From: an uncultured Alphaproteobacteria bacterium
Lineage (GTDB): Bacteria > Pseudomonadota > Alphaproteobacteria > JAJFIK01
Reading direction: 5' to 3'
Assembly: GCA_964561475.1 (NCBI GenBank)
Contig: CAZLPU010000005.1
Location: forward strand, 4,425 to 68,424
Length of the DNA: 64,000 nucleotides
The notes beneath the pieces are model-generated. The model saw only the letters and a list, made by a program, of their open reading frames with translations. It did not search any database and was not told where the DNA came from. The position numbers and the translations under genes are program-made. Of this stretch, positions 50,067 through 60,053 are shown in pieces (the stretch's first letter is position 1; the number at the start of each line of letters is the position of its first letter).

Positions 50067-50343
50067 GACGGTACTCCTTCCCGAATTCGGCCCGGATCCG
50101 AGGCCTTCAATTATGACTTTGCAAATCATTATCAGAAATGGGCCCGAACGCAAGGGATGATGGGTGCGCAGATAATGGAGAGCCACGTCCTCTGGGTTTG
50201 TTGGCGCATCAAGACGCGGCGCATGGCAACACACCATCAGAGAGAAGGGTCCCGCTCAGAAGCGGGCTGTCATTGTGCGGCAATCTTGATAGGGTGCGGG
50301 CAAAATACAGAATTCCCTGACCGTCAATTCGGAGGACACCGTC

Positions 50344-52407
50344 ATGGTCGGCCGTATTCTACTTTTTCTTTTGGGATTGATCGTTCTGCTGGTCGCAGCC
50401 GCAGTGATCATCCCGTTCTTCATCCCCGGCGAAGTGTACCGCACCCAGATCACCAACGCCGCCCGGGACGCAACGGGCCGGGAATTGACCATCCGCGGCG
50501 ACATCAACCTGTCCCTGCTGCCGCCGATTTCTCTTAAGGTCTCCGATGTTCAGCTCAGCAACGCGGAGTGGGGCGAGGCGGAGCACCTGGCGACCGTGCA
50601 AACCCTGTCCGTTGGCATCGAGGTGCTGCCCTTCATCTTCGGTCAGCAGGTCAAGATCTCGAGTTTTGTTCTGGAAGAGCCCCAGATCAATCTGGAGACG
50701 GACCGCAACGGCAAGGGCAACTGGGAATTCGAACCCCAGGGCGGCGCCGACGCCTCGGTACGGGACGTATCGAATGAGCAAGGCGGCTCCGGCCAGGAAG
50801 CCAGCCAGCCCGCATCCGGCGGGCAGGATCAGGGCATAAACGATATCAGCCTGGGCGATGTGCGGCTGGTGAACGGCCGGATCAGCTATCTGGACGGCGC
50901 CACCAACGAGCGCCAGACCGCGGAGAACATCAATCTCTCTATCGGTCTGCCGAGCCTGGACGGTCCCCTCACCATGAATGGCGGCGCCACTTACAATGGC
51001 GAGGCCCTTTCCGTGGATGCCCGGATCGACAGCCCGCGCCAGTTCATGGACGGCACGAATACGGGTGTGCGTTTCGATCTGTCCTCTGAGCTGATCAATG
51101 CCCAATTCGCCGGTAACGCGGCGAGCGACAATAACGAGGATCTGCCGGTGCGGGCCGCGGGGGATGCCTCCGTAACCATTCCCTCGCTCCGCCGCCTGAG
51201 CGCCTGGGCGGGCCAGCCCATGGAAGACGGGGAAGGCTTTGAGGAACTGGCGGTCTCCGGCACCCTTGAGGCGGCCAATGCCGTGGTGGCGTTCAACAAT
51301 GCCAATGTCACCTTCGACGACATCAAGGGTGAGGGCGAAGTGGCCGCCAATCTCGGCGGCCGGGTGCCGAAAGTCACCGGCGACCTCAAGCTCAACAAGG
51401 TCGATACCCGTCCCTATGAGGGCGCTTCGGAACAGCAGGCCAATGCCGCCCCGCAAGTGCGGCAGGTGAGCAATACCCAGAATGCCCCCCAGGGCTGGAG
51501 CGACGAGCCTATCGATTTCTCCGGTCTGCGGGACTTCGAAGCCGACATCACCATGTCCATGGACGGGCTGGAGACCTCCACCCTGCGCATGGGCCCAAGC
51601 GCCGGGGACCTGAAGGTTCAGGGCGGCGTTCTGACCCTCAATCTCAGTGAGATGGACATTTACGAAGGCGGCGGCCGCATCTTCACGGAAGTGGACGCCA
51701 CCCAGGCCCAGGCCCGGATCACCAACCGGATGAACCTCAACGCCATCCAGGCCCGCCCCATGTTCGCGGACCTCATCGGCAGCGGCATCATCACCGGTCT
51801 GGGCGACATGGAACTGGACATCACCACCCGGGGCGCCTCCCAGGCCTCCTTCGTCCGGGGCCTGAACGGAAAGACGGAACTGTCCTTCAATGACGGCAAG
51901 CTGTTCGGCAGCCTGGACCAGGTGGACGAAGCCAACCGGCTTGGCCGCGCCATTGCGGTCATCGCCAACGGTCTTGTGCTGGCCTCCCAGCTCAATGCGA
52001 TCAAGGACGATCAGATCCAGGGCGTGTCCCAGTTCCTGTCCCGTCCGAAAGAGCTGAGCACGGATTTCGCGAGCATCACCGGTGCCTTCAACACCGTGAA
52101 CGGTGTTGCGGACACGAACATCAACTTCGTGACCCCGGTTCAGGGCCTGGCAATTACCGGCGAGATCAACATGGTCAACCAGACCCTGGATTTGCTGATC
52201 AAACCGAACCAGTGCTCCGGCGATATGAGCCGGATCACGAAATTCCTGTGCAGCTCCGGCATTCCCGTGCGCGGACCCTGGGTCAGTGTCCGGCCTGCTC
52301 TGCCCACCCCTGAAGCCATTCTGTCGGGTGCGGTCAAAGACCAGATCCGCGACCGCATTCCCGGCGGTCTTGGGGACCTGATCCCGGGCCGTGGCGGCGG
52401 CAACTGA
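50344..52407 (+). CDS. AsmA-family protein
   Basis: N-terminal membrane anchor (ILLFLLGLIVLLVAAAVIIPFFIPGEVYRTQI) and a long beta-rich periplasmic domain with an AsmA-like C-terminal region. Confidence 0.75.
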   Translation: MVGRILLFLLGLIVLLVAAAVIIPFFIPGEVYRTQITNAARDATGRELTIRGDINLSLLPPISLKVSDVQLSNAEWGEAEHLATVQTLSVGIEVLPFIFGQQVKISSFVLEEPQINLETDRNGKGNWEFEPQGGADASVRDVSNEQGGSGQEASQPASGGQDQGINDISLGDVRLVNGRISYLDGATNERQTAENINLSIGLPSLDGPLTMNGGATYNGEALSVDARIDSPRQFMDGTNTGVRFDLSSELINAQFAGNAASDNNEDLPVRAAGDASVTIPSLRRLSAWAGQPMEDGEGFEELAVSGTLEAANAVVAFNNANVTFDDIKGEGEVAANLGGRVPKVTGDLKLNKVDTRPYEGASEQQANAAPQVRQVSNTQNAPQGWSDEPIDFSGLRDFEADITMSMDGLETSTLRMGPSAGDLKVQGGVLTLNLSEMDIYEGGGRIFTEVDATQAQARITNRMNLNAIQARPMFADLIGSGIITGLGDMELDITTRGASQASFVRGLNGKTELSFNDGKLFGSLDQVDEANRLGRAIAVIANGLVLASQLNAIKDDQIQGVSQFLSRPKELSTDFASITGAFNTVNGVADTNINFVTPVQGLAITGEINMVNQTLDLLIKPNQCSGDMSRITKFLCSSGIPVRGPWVSVRPALPTPEAILSGAVKDQIRDRIPGGLGDLIPGRGGGN

Positions 52408-52443
52408 GGCACGCCCGCCATCTGCCCTAAAGCCATTCAACGA

Positions 52444-52476
52444 AACGCCCCCGGTTCTGCCGGGGGCGTTTTTGTC
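52444..52476 (+). terminator. Rho-independent terminator after asmA-like gene
   Basis: CGCCCCCGG-ttctg-CCGGGGGCG hairpin followed by T5. Confidence 0.7.
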
Positions 52477-52525
52477 TCTTGGCGTGGGTGGCTGAAACAC
52501 CGACGCGAGCCGGAACCGGCAGTCC

Positions 52526-52969
52526 TCAAGCCTCTTCGATCTCATCAAGGGCGCCCGTGACCGCATCGAACACCAGCATGACCGAGGCGTGGCGGGCGGG
52601 ATAATCCCGCACTGCCGCCAGAAGCCCCAGATCCGCCCAGGCCCCCTCCGGTGCCGGGCCGCTGGATTTCAACAAGGTTTCCATGGTGTCCCGCAGTCGG
52701 CGCAGGTCCTTGGGGGTCTTGCCGACGATTTCCCTGGCCATGATCGATGCCGCGCACTGCCCGAGGGCACAGGCTTCCACTTCCTGGGCATAATCCGCCA
52801 CGACGCCGTCCTTCAGTTTCAGATCCACCTGGACCCGGCTGCCGCAGACCCGGCTGACACGGCTTGCCCGCGCATCCCTGTTCTCCAACACACCCAGGCG
52901 CCCGAGAGCCGCCGTATGGCGCAGGATTTCCCGGCTGTAGAGATCATTGATCGGCTGGCTGTCGCCCAT
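52526..52969 (-). CDS. NifU/IscU N-terminal-domain-like Fe-S cluster scaffold protein
   Basis: LYSREILRH....RVSRVCGSRVQVDLKLKDGVVADYAQEVEACALGQCAASIMAREIVGKT resembles the NifU_N/IscU core. The third conserved Cys appears absent. Confidence 0.6.
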   Translation of the reverse strand: MGDSQPINDLYSREILRHTAALGRLGVLENRDARASRVSRVCGSRVQVDLKLKDGVVADYAQEVEACALGQCAASIMAREIVGKTPKDLRRLRDTMETLLKSSGPAPEGAWADLGLLAAVRDYPARHASVMLVFDAVTGALDEIEEA

Positions 52970-53376
52970 GATTGCCTCCCGCCCGGTCAGGCAAACTGCC
53001 GGACACTCCTGAATTCCAACTGTGGGAGAGATGGCACCAGGTGCCGCCTTGCTCAAGCGCCGGGCCGCACACGCTGGCACCCGCCAGGGCAGAAGGCCGA
53101 TGCGTGTTGCCCGTCATGAACGGTTTGTCGGGCAGGGCCAGGGCTGAGAAGGTAAACAGATAACCCGCCAGCCATGGCCGGGCCTGCCTCCTTGGAGGTA
53201 TAGTCGTGCGAATGGTGATTCCCCCGATGCGACAATGGGCGTTTCGGGCAGGAGGTCGCCCAAGGCCCGGTCCGGCAGCGGAGACAGACCGGAGCGGCAG
53301 GGAGATCACGCGCAGTATCCAAGGGCCCTCCCGGGATGAGGGCCTTTTGAATTGGAGCGCCCGCTTTTGGGCTGGG

Positions 53377-53454
53377 GATCAGGCGGGCAGGAGATCAGGC
53401 CCGCAGTAGATCAGGCCCGCAGGGGATCAGGTCCGCAGGGGATCAGGGTGATGG
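53377..53454. repeat. Non-coding 16-bp tandem repeat (GATCAGGCCCGCAGGG) x4-5
   Basis: Read from the sequence at 53377-53454. The period is not a multiple of three. It lies in the region upstream of, or at the uncertain 5' end of, the DUF418 gene. Confidence 0.8.
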
Positions 53455-53492
53455 CGTCAGCGCCCGCGGATGCAGGCATACAGGGTTCAGGC

Positions 53493-54758
53493 ATGCAGGT
53501 TTCGGACATGCAGACGGTTTCCGGCGGTGCAGCGGGGCAATCCCGCCCCGTGGGTCCCTCTGGCCGCCTTGAGAGCCTGGATGTGCTGCGCGGTTTTGCC
53601 GTTTTGGGCATTTTCGCGATCAATATCTGGTTCTTCGCCCTGCCGGAGACCTTCTATTTGAACCCCACCGCCCTGGACCCGATCCGAGGACCGCTGGAGG
53701 GGGCGGAATGGGTGGTCTGGTACGCCACCCATGTTCTGGTCGCCTACAAATTCGTCACCCTGTTCAGCATGCTTTTCGGCGCGGGGATCGTCCTCATGGC
53801 CGAGCGGTCCGAACGGGGCCGCCATACCCGCCGCATGCTGTGGCTGCTGGTGTTCGGGCTGATCCACGCCTACCTGATCTGGCCCGGAGACATTCTTGTC
53901 ACCTACGCCTTGTGCGGGCTGATTGTGGGCGGCATGCGGGAATGGCGCGCGAGCACCCTCTGGATCACTGGCTTGGTGCTCATTGCGGTCGGCGGCCTGA
54001 TCAACACCTTGTTCATCGAGGCCTTACGGTTTGCGCCGCCCGCCCAGCAGGCGGACATCATCGCCCAGGCGTGGCAGCCCGATGCCCAGGCCTTGCAGGC
54101 CCAGATCGCCCTGCGCGCTGAAGGCAGCATCTTCGATCAAATTTCTGAGAACATCATCACGGCAGTGGGGATGCAGACCGGCGGTTTTCTGACCTCCGTG
54201 GGCTGGCGCACGGCGGGGGTGATGGCGATCGGCATGGCGCTTTACAAAACCGGGGTTTTGACCGGAGCACGTTCCGCCGCTTTCTATGCCATCCTCGCCG
54301 TGGCCGGTTTCGCACTGGGGCTGCCTGTGGTCATGGCGGGGGTGGATTACAGCGCGGCCCGCGATTGGTCCATGATTGACAGTCTCGGCATGGGGTTCTT
54401 GTTCAATTACGTGGGCAGCCTCGCGGTCGCGGCAGGCTGGATGGGGCTGGTTCTGTTGATCGTGCGTCTCGGGTGGCTTGGCTCTGCCCGCCGGGCTCTG
54501 GCGGCGGCGGGGCGCATGGCCTTCACCAACTACATCGCCCAATCTGTCATCGCGACGATCCTGATGTACGGCTTCGACCTGTTCGGAGCTTTGACCCTGG
54601 TGGAACTGGCCCTTCTGGTTGCAGGAGTGTGGGCCGTGCAGTTGATCTGGTCCCCTTTATGGCTGAGCCGCTTTTCCCAGGGGCCCCTGGAGTGGTTGTG
54701 GCGCCGGGCAACCTATGGACCCGCGCCCCCCTCCCAAATGGGGCGAAGCACGCTATGA
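53493..54758 (+). CDS. DUF418 (YeiB-like) family membrane protein
   Basis: RLESLDVLRGFAVLGIFAINI near the N-terminus and a DUF418 C-terminal region (MAFTNYIAQSVIATILMYGFDLFG). Start uncertain (53493 or 53508). Confidence 0.7.
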   Translation: MQVSDMQTVSGGAAGQSRPVGPSGRLESLDVLRGFAVLGIFAINIWFFALPETFYLNPTALDPIRGPLEGAEWVVWYATHVLVAYKFVTLFSMLFGAGIVLMAERSERGRHTRRMLWLLVFGLIHAYLIWPGDILVTYALCGLIVGGMREWRASTLWITGLVLIAVGGLINTLFIEALRFAPPAQQADIIAQAWQPDAQALQAQIALRAEGSIFDQISENIITAVGMQTGGFLTSVGWRTAGVMAIGMALYKTGVLTGARSAAFYAILAVAGFALGLPVVMAGVDYSAARDWSMIDSLGMGFLFNYVGSLAVAAGWMGLVLLIVRLGWLGSARRALAAAGRMAFTNYIAQSVIATILMYGFDLFGALTLVELALLVAGVWAVQLIWSPLWLSRFSQGPLEWLWRRATYGPAPPSQMGRSTL

Positions 54759-54912
54759 GTGACCCTGCCCATCATAAGACCAGGGGGTCGAGTGGAGGCA
54801 GGATCCGGAATGGGCCAGGGAGCACCGTCCGGAGGCCGGATCGGGTGCCGGGTTTGGGCCAGGGCCTTTCCGGCGATCAGGATCTTGCAGGGGATTGGAG
54901 GGAAACCGCGCA

Positions 54913-56955
54913 ATGAGCGTGACCGACATTACAGCCCCGGACGGCGCTGCAGACCGGCGGGCCGGGCAGCCGGCCAGGGGCCAACGCCGCCCCCAAAGCC
55001 GACCTGAAGGCCAGGCGAAAAGTCATGCCAAGTCTCAGGATAGAGACCGGGATCAAAGCGGAGAAGCGAGCAGCCCTCCCACCCGGGATGAGATGCTCAA
55101 GGCTCGCAGGCGTGCCGCTGGCCAATGGCTCAAGCGGGCAGCCAGCGCCGGGCGGATCCATATCTGGATGGCAGCCATTGCCGGGACCCTGAAGGGTGCG
55201 GCCCTCATCATCCAGGCCTGGGCCCTCTCCACGATCGTCTATCTAGCGGTGGCGGAAAAACAGTCCCTGACCGAGCTGACCCAATGGCTCACCATTCTCG
55301 GCGCCGCCATCCTCGCCCGGGCCGTCCTGGTCTACCTCCAGGAAGCTGCCGGTGCCGGTGCGGCCCGCCGGGTGGCGGGCAGGGTCCATGAACGGATGAT
55401 GCACCAGATCCTCACCGCCGGTCCCGCCTTCACCCGCACACGGGACACCGGCTCCGTGGCGACGGCGGCTATCGACCATGTTCTGGCGCTTGAAAACTAC
55501 ATTGCCCGGTATCGGCCCCAGCAGATCATTGCCCTCACCGTGCCCCTCCTGATCCTGGCGGCCACGGTCCAGGTCAATTGGCTGGTGGCGATCCTGTTTG
55601 CGGTCACCGGTCCCCTGGTGCCTTTCTTCATGGCCCTGATCGGCATGAAAGCCGCCACCGCGAGTGCCCGCCAGTTTGAGACCCTGGAGCGCATGGGCGC
55701 CCATTTCCTGGACCGGCTCCGGGGGCTGACGACCCTGAAACTCTTCGGTCAGGCGGAACTGGAGCGCGACGGTATCGCGGAAGTGGCCGAAGGGTTCCGG
55801 AAGCGGACCATGCGGGTGCTGCGCATCGCCTTCCTGTCCTCCACGGTGCTCGAGTTTTTCAGCACGATCGCCGTGGCCCTGGTGGCTCTTTACATCGGCT
55901 TTGGCCTGATGGGGATCATCACTTTCGGTCCCGTGGCCAGTGTCACCCTCCAGACCGGTCTGTTCGTGCTCCTTCTGGCTCCGGAGTTTTTCCAGCCCCT
56001 GCGCCAGCTGGGCGCGTTCTATCATGACCGGGCGGCGGCCATCGGCGCGGCCGAGTCCCTCATGACCATCCTGCCGCCAGAGGCCTGGCAGGCCCGGCGC
56101 AAGAAGGGCGAGACCCCGTCCCGGCCCCGCCTCGCCTCCTCCCCGGAAATCCGGTTCGAGAATGTGGCCCTGCGCTATCCCAATGGCCGGCAGGCCCTGG
56201 CCAAGGTGAACCTGACTGTCGAACGGGGCGAGACCCTGGTCATTGCTGGTCCCAGCGGCGCGGGCAAGAGCAGCCTGATCGATCTTGCGCTCGGATTTCA
56301 GGCGCCCACGGACGGCCAGGTGATGATCGCCGGACAGCCCGTCACGCCCGAGGACCGGGAATGGCTCCAGGCGTCTGTGGCCTGGGCCAGTCAGCGGCCC
56401 CACCTGTTCCATGGCACTCTGGCCGAGAACATCGCCCTGGGCCTTTGCGATCCCACCAGCCCCGCGGTCATCAAGGCGGCCGAGGCCGCCCGGGTCATGG
56501 ATTTCGCCAAGGACCTGCCTTTGGGGCTCGATACGGAAGTGGGCGAACGGGGCTTCGGCCTGTCCGGCGGCCAGGCGCGGCGCGTGGCCATTGCCCGGGC
56601 CTTCCTGAAGGATGCGCCCATCGTGCTGCTGGATGAGCCAACCGCCAATCTGGACCGGGAAACCGAAGACATGGTGATCCAGGCCCTGCGCCAGCTTGTC
56701 TCCGGACGCACCGCCATTCTGGTCACCCATTCCGAGGCCCTGATGGCCCTTGGACGCCGGGTGGTGCGCATCCAGAACGGCCACCTGGACGCGCCCTCGC
56801 CCCGGGAAAAAGAGGCGAGACTGAAAGAGACCAAAGACAAGGAAGCGGCGGGCGCACCATTGCGGTCCGCACCGGGAATGTTGGGGGAAGACGGCTCAAA
56901 GCCGGACAGTTCGAATGAAGACGGCTCGAATGAAGACGGGGGCAGCGCCGCGTAA
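54913..56955 (+). CDS. cydD: Thiol-reductant ABC exporter subunit CydD (fused permease-ATPase)
   Basis: Six-helix TMD plus an NBD (GPSGAGKSS, LSGGQARRVAIARA, VLLDEPTANLD). Arg/Gln-rich N-terminal extension. Paired with cydC downstream via an overlapping TAATG. Confidence 0.8.
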   Translation: MSVTDITAPDGAADRRAGQPARGQRRPQSRPEGQAKSHAKSQDRDRDQSGEASSPPTRDEMLKARRRAAGQWLKRAASAGRIHIWMAAIAGTLKGAALIIQAWALSTIVYLAVAEKQSLTELTQWLTILGAAILARAVLVYLQEAAGAGAARRVAGRVHERMMHQILTAGPAFTRTRDTGSVATAAIDHVLALENYIARYRPQQIIALTVPLLILAATVQVNWLVAILFAVTGPLVPFFMALIGMKAATASARQFETLERMGAHFLDRLRGLTTLKLFGQAELERDGIAEVAEGFRKRTMRVLRIAFLSSTVLEFFSTIAVALVALYIGFGLMGIITFGPVASVTLQTGLFVLLLAPEFFQPLRQLGAFYHDRAAAIGAAESLMTILPPEAWQARRKKGETPSRPRLASSPEIRFENVALRYPNGRQALAKVNLTVERGETLVIAGPSGAGKSSLIDLALGFQAPTDGQVMIAGQPVTPEDREWLQASVAWASQRPHLFHGTLAENIALGLCDPTSPAVIKAAEAARVMDFAKDLPLGLDTEVGERGFGLSGGQARRVAIARAFLKDAPIVLLDEPTANLDRETEDMVIQALRQLVSGRTAILVTHSEALMALGRRVVRIQNGHLDAPSPREKEARLKETKDKEAAGAPLRSAPGMLGEDGSKPDSSNEDGSNEDGGSAA

Positions 56956-58694
56956 TGGGCGATCTGATCTTTTTCCTGCGGCTGATGGGCCGCCACAAGG
57001 GCTGGATGGTGCTGGGCGGTCTGCTGACCCTCATCACACTGACAGCCAGTATCGTTCTGCTTTCCGTGGCAGGCTGGTTCATCACCGCGTCCGCCGTGGC
57101 GGGGATCGGCGGGGCCGGAGCGCTCCTGGTGTTCAATTACGTCACCCCCAGCGCCGCGATCCGGGCTGCTGCCGTGACCCGGATCCTGTCGCGCTATGGG
57201 GAGCGGATCACCACCCATGAAGCGACGTTCCGCATCCTGGCCCGGGTCCGCTGCTGGTTTTTCGCCAAAGCCCTGCCCCTCTCTCCCTCCCAGCTTGCGG
57301 GCATGCGGTCCGGGGACATGCTCAACCGGATGACCTCGGACATCGATGCCCTGGATACCCTTTATCTGCGCATCCTGGTCCCGACCCTGGTGGCCCTGAT
57401 CACCGCCGTGGCCGTGACGGCCCTGATCGGACAGATCGCGCCTACGATTGCCCTGGCCGTCGCCGGTCTGCTGGCCTTTGCCGGGATCCTGGTTCCCTTC
57501 TGGGCAGCCCGCCAGGGCCGGCCCATGGGCACCGCCATCGCCGTGGAGACCGCCGCAACCCGTTCGGTTCTGGTGGATGCGGTCCAGGGTCTGGCGGATC
57601 TGATTTGCGGACGGGCGGACACGGCCCGCCGGGACGATATTCACGCCAGCATGGGCCGTCTCCTGGATGAGCGCCGGTCCGTGGGGCGGCTGCGGGGCTT
57701 TACGTCGGCTCTGACGGGTTTGACGGCGGATGCGGCCATCGTGGTGGTTCTGGTGTTGGCCCTGCCCCTCCTGGCCCAGGGCGACCTCAACGGCCCGGCG
57801 GTGGCCCTGATGGCCTTTTGCGCCCTGGCCAGTTTCGAGGCCGTTGCCCCCTTGGCCCTGGCCTTCCAGGATCTGGGACGTACCCGGGAAGCGGCCAGAC
57901 GGCTGCTCGGCGTGGCCCGGGCCCGGCCCAGCGTCGTGGACCCGTCCCCGGACGAGGAAGCCTATCCGCCGGGGCGCAATGATCTGCGCCTGGAGGCGGT
58001 GACCTTCTCCTACCCGGCCATGGCGGGAGAGGAAGAACGCACACGGCCCCGGCCACCGGCCATTGAGCGGGTGACCCTGTCGATTTCCGCCGGCCGGAAA
58101 GTGGCCCTGGTCGGCCCCAGCGGCGGCGGCAAATCCACCATTCTGGCCTTGCTCATGCGCCTTTATGACCCGGATCTGGGCAAGGTCTACCTTGGCGGCA
58201 TTGATGTGCGCCGCCTGCCCCAGGCGGATCTGTGGGCCCGGATCGGCTTTCTGTCCCAACATACGGAACTGTTTTCCGCCTCGATCCGGGGCAATATTCT
58301 TCTGGGACGCCCGGATGCGAGCGACAGCGATGTCTGGGATGCGGTACGGGCTGCGGGCCTGGAAGAGTTTGTGCGCGCCCAGCCCATGGGGCTTGATACC
58401 TGGGTCGGCGAAACCGGCGCCCAGGTCTCCGGCGGAGAGGCCCGGCGGATCGCCCTGGCCCGGGTTCTGCTGAAAAACCCGCCCGTCCTCCTCCTGGATG
58501 AGCCCACGGAAGGCCTCGACCGGGATACGGCGGAAGACGTGATGAAGGCGTTGAACCGCTTGAGCGACGGCAAAACCGTCGTCATGGTAACCCACAGGGG
58601 TGGTTTTCTGGAGGGCATGCGGGAAATCTGGCTTGTGGAGCAGGGCCGCCTGGTCACCGCCGAGCGCCCGGGACCCTCCGGGAAAGCCAAATAG
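56955..58694 (+). CDS. cydC: Thiol-reductant ABC exporter subunit CydC
   Basis: TMD plus NBD (GPSGGGKST, VSGGEARRIALARV, LLLDEPTEGLD). Its start overlaps the cydD stop. Confidence 0.8.
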   Translation: MGDLIFFLRLMGRHKGWMVLGGLLTLITLTASIVLLSVAGWFITASAVAGIGGAGALLVFNYVTPSAAIRAAAVTRILSRYGERITTHEATFRILARVRCWFFAKALPLSPSQLAGMRSGDMLNRMTSDIDALDTLYLRILVPTLVALITAVAVTALIGQIAPTIALAVAGLLAFAGILVPFWAARQGRPMGTAIAVETAATRSVLVDAVQGLADLICGRADTARRDDIHASMGRLLDERRSVGRLRGFTSALTGLTADAAIVVVLVLALPLLAQGDLNGPAVALMAFCALASFEAVAPLALAFQDLGRTREAARRLLGVARARPSVVDPSPDEEAYPPGRNDLRLEAVTFSYPAMAGEEERTRPRPPAIERVTLSISAGRKVALVGPSGGGKSTILALLMRLYDPDLGKVYLGGIDVRRLPQADLWARIGFLSQHTELFSASIRGNILLGRPDASDSDVWDAVRAAGLEEFVRAQPMGLDTWVGETGAQVSGGEARRIALARVLLKNPPVLLLDEPTEGLDRDTAEDVMKALNRLSDGKTVVMVTHRGGFLEGMREIWLVEQGRLVTAERPGPSGKAK

Positions 58695-58730
58695 AGCGCC
58701 GAGGCCACGTGCTGCGGTCGGGAGCAACGG

Positions 58731-59663
58731 ATGACGGTAAACCTGTACGAGGTTCTGGGCCTGCGCCCTTCGGCGAGTGAAGGTGAAATCCGTGCAGCCT
58801 ACCGGGAACTGGCCAAGAAATACCACCCCGACCTGAACCCCAACGACACAGACGCGGAGGTCCGCTTCAAGGACATCTCTGCGGCCTACGCCATCCTGGG
58901 CGATCCGGAGAAACGCCAGCGCTACGACAATGGCGAGATCGACGGCACCGGGGAGCGCCAGCGGGCCTATTACCGGGGCCAGGCCGAGGGCACGGAAGGC
59001 GGCAAGTACAGCCGCTGGAACCGGGTCACTGCCTTTGAGGATTTTGCGGACCTGTTTGCCGACCTGTTCACCGGCCCCGCGTCCATGGGTCCGAAGGCCA
59101 AGGCCGGCCAGGATGTCCGCTATGCCATGGACATCCCCTTTATCGACGCCGCCAAGGGGGCCGCCCGCAAGATCACCCTGAATGACGGCCGGTCCCTGGA
59201 TGTAAAGATCCCGGCGGGTGTCCAGGATGGTCAGGTGCTGCGTCTCAAGGGTCTTGGAAACGCGAGCAAGGCGGGCACCCTGGGGGATGCCCTTCTGCGC
59301 ATTCGCATTCAGCCCCACCCCTATTTCGGTCGGGAGGGGTCGAATATCCGCCTTGATCTGCCGCTAACGCTTTACGAAGCGGTGCTGGGCGCGGAACTTC
59401 AGATGCCCACGGTGCATGGATCCATTCCCGTGCGTATCCCTCCAGGGATCAATAGCGGCGCGGTCATGCGGCTCAAGGGCAAGGGCATTCACGCCACTTC
59501 GGGCCAGGACGCGGGCGAGACCGGCGACCAGATCGTGACAATACGGATCATGCTGCCGGAGACCGTGGACGAGGAGCTCTACACCTTCATAAGCCGCTGG
59601 AAGAAGCGCAACGAGTACGACCCGCGCTCCACGTGGATAGCGGCGGAGGGAGACCAGACATGA
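58731..59663 (+). CDS. cbpA: Curved-DNA-binding protein CbpA (DnaJ-like co-chaperone)
   Basis: J-domain with HPD (YRELAKKYHPDLNPND) and DnaJ-type C-terminal domains. Has no Zn-finger region, as expected for CbpA. Confidence 0.85.
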   Translation: MTVNLYEVLGLRPSASEGEIRAAYRELAKKYHPDLNPNDTDAEVRFKDISAAYAILGDPEKRQRYDNGEIDGTGERQRAYYRGQAEGTEGGKYSRWNRVTAFEDFADLFADLFTGPASMGPKAKAGQDVRYAMDIPFIDAAKGAARKITLNDGRSLDVKIPAGVQDGQVLRLKGLGNASKAGTLGDALLRIRIQPHPYFGREGSNIRLDLPLTLYEAVLGAELQMPTVHGSIPVRIPPGINSGAVMRLKGKGIHATSGQDAGETGDQIVTIRIMLPETVDEELYTFISRWKKRNEYDPRSTWIAAEGDQT

Positions 59664-60016
59664 TCCAGCCCGAGACCTTCATGACCATCATTGACGGTGT
59701 GGATCAGGCCCATGTGGAGGCTTATGTCTGCAAAGGCTGGGTCACCCCGTCCCACCGCAATGGCGTGCCCATGTTCCAGGACATCGACATTGCCCGGGTG
59801 CGCCTGATCCACGAACTCCAGCAGGACATGGGCGTGAATGACGAGTCCGTGCCGATCATTCTGGCTTTGATCGACCAGGTCCACGACATGCGCGTGCTCC
59901 TGCGCCAGATTGCCGACCAGTTCGACAAGTCGCCCGGCTCGACCGCCCAGACCGCGCGCCGCCGGGTCTCCATCCCCGCCGCCAAGGACACCCCGCTCAG
60001 CCCGATATTAAAATAA
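59660..60016 (+). CDS. cbpM: Chaperone modulator CbpM (MerR-like)
   Basis: Its ATG overlaps the cbpA stop (ATGA). MIQPETFMTIIDGVDQAHVEAYVCKGWV is a CbpM-family N-terminus. Confidence 0.75.
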   Translation: MIQPETFMTIIDGVDQAHVEAYVCKGWVTPSHRNGVPMFQDIDIARVRLIHELQQDMGVNDESVPIILALIDQVHDMRVLLRQIADQFDKSPGSTAQTARRRVSIPAAKDTPLSPILK

Positions 60017-60053
60017 TGAAGTGCAAGATGACTAACTGGATCGGGAGCTTGAG

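Noticed and set aside
50359-52566. 735-aa minus-strand ORF antisense to asmA-like gene
   Set aside because: Shadow ORF. The + strand product has the N-terminal anchor and AsmA architecture.
56391-59318. 975-aa minus-strand ORF (and 55243-56784, 513 aa) across cydD/cydC/cbpA
   Set aside because: Spans three well-supported + strand genes. Gly/Arg/Pro/Gln-rich, so a compositional artefact.
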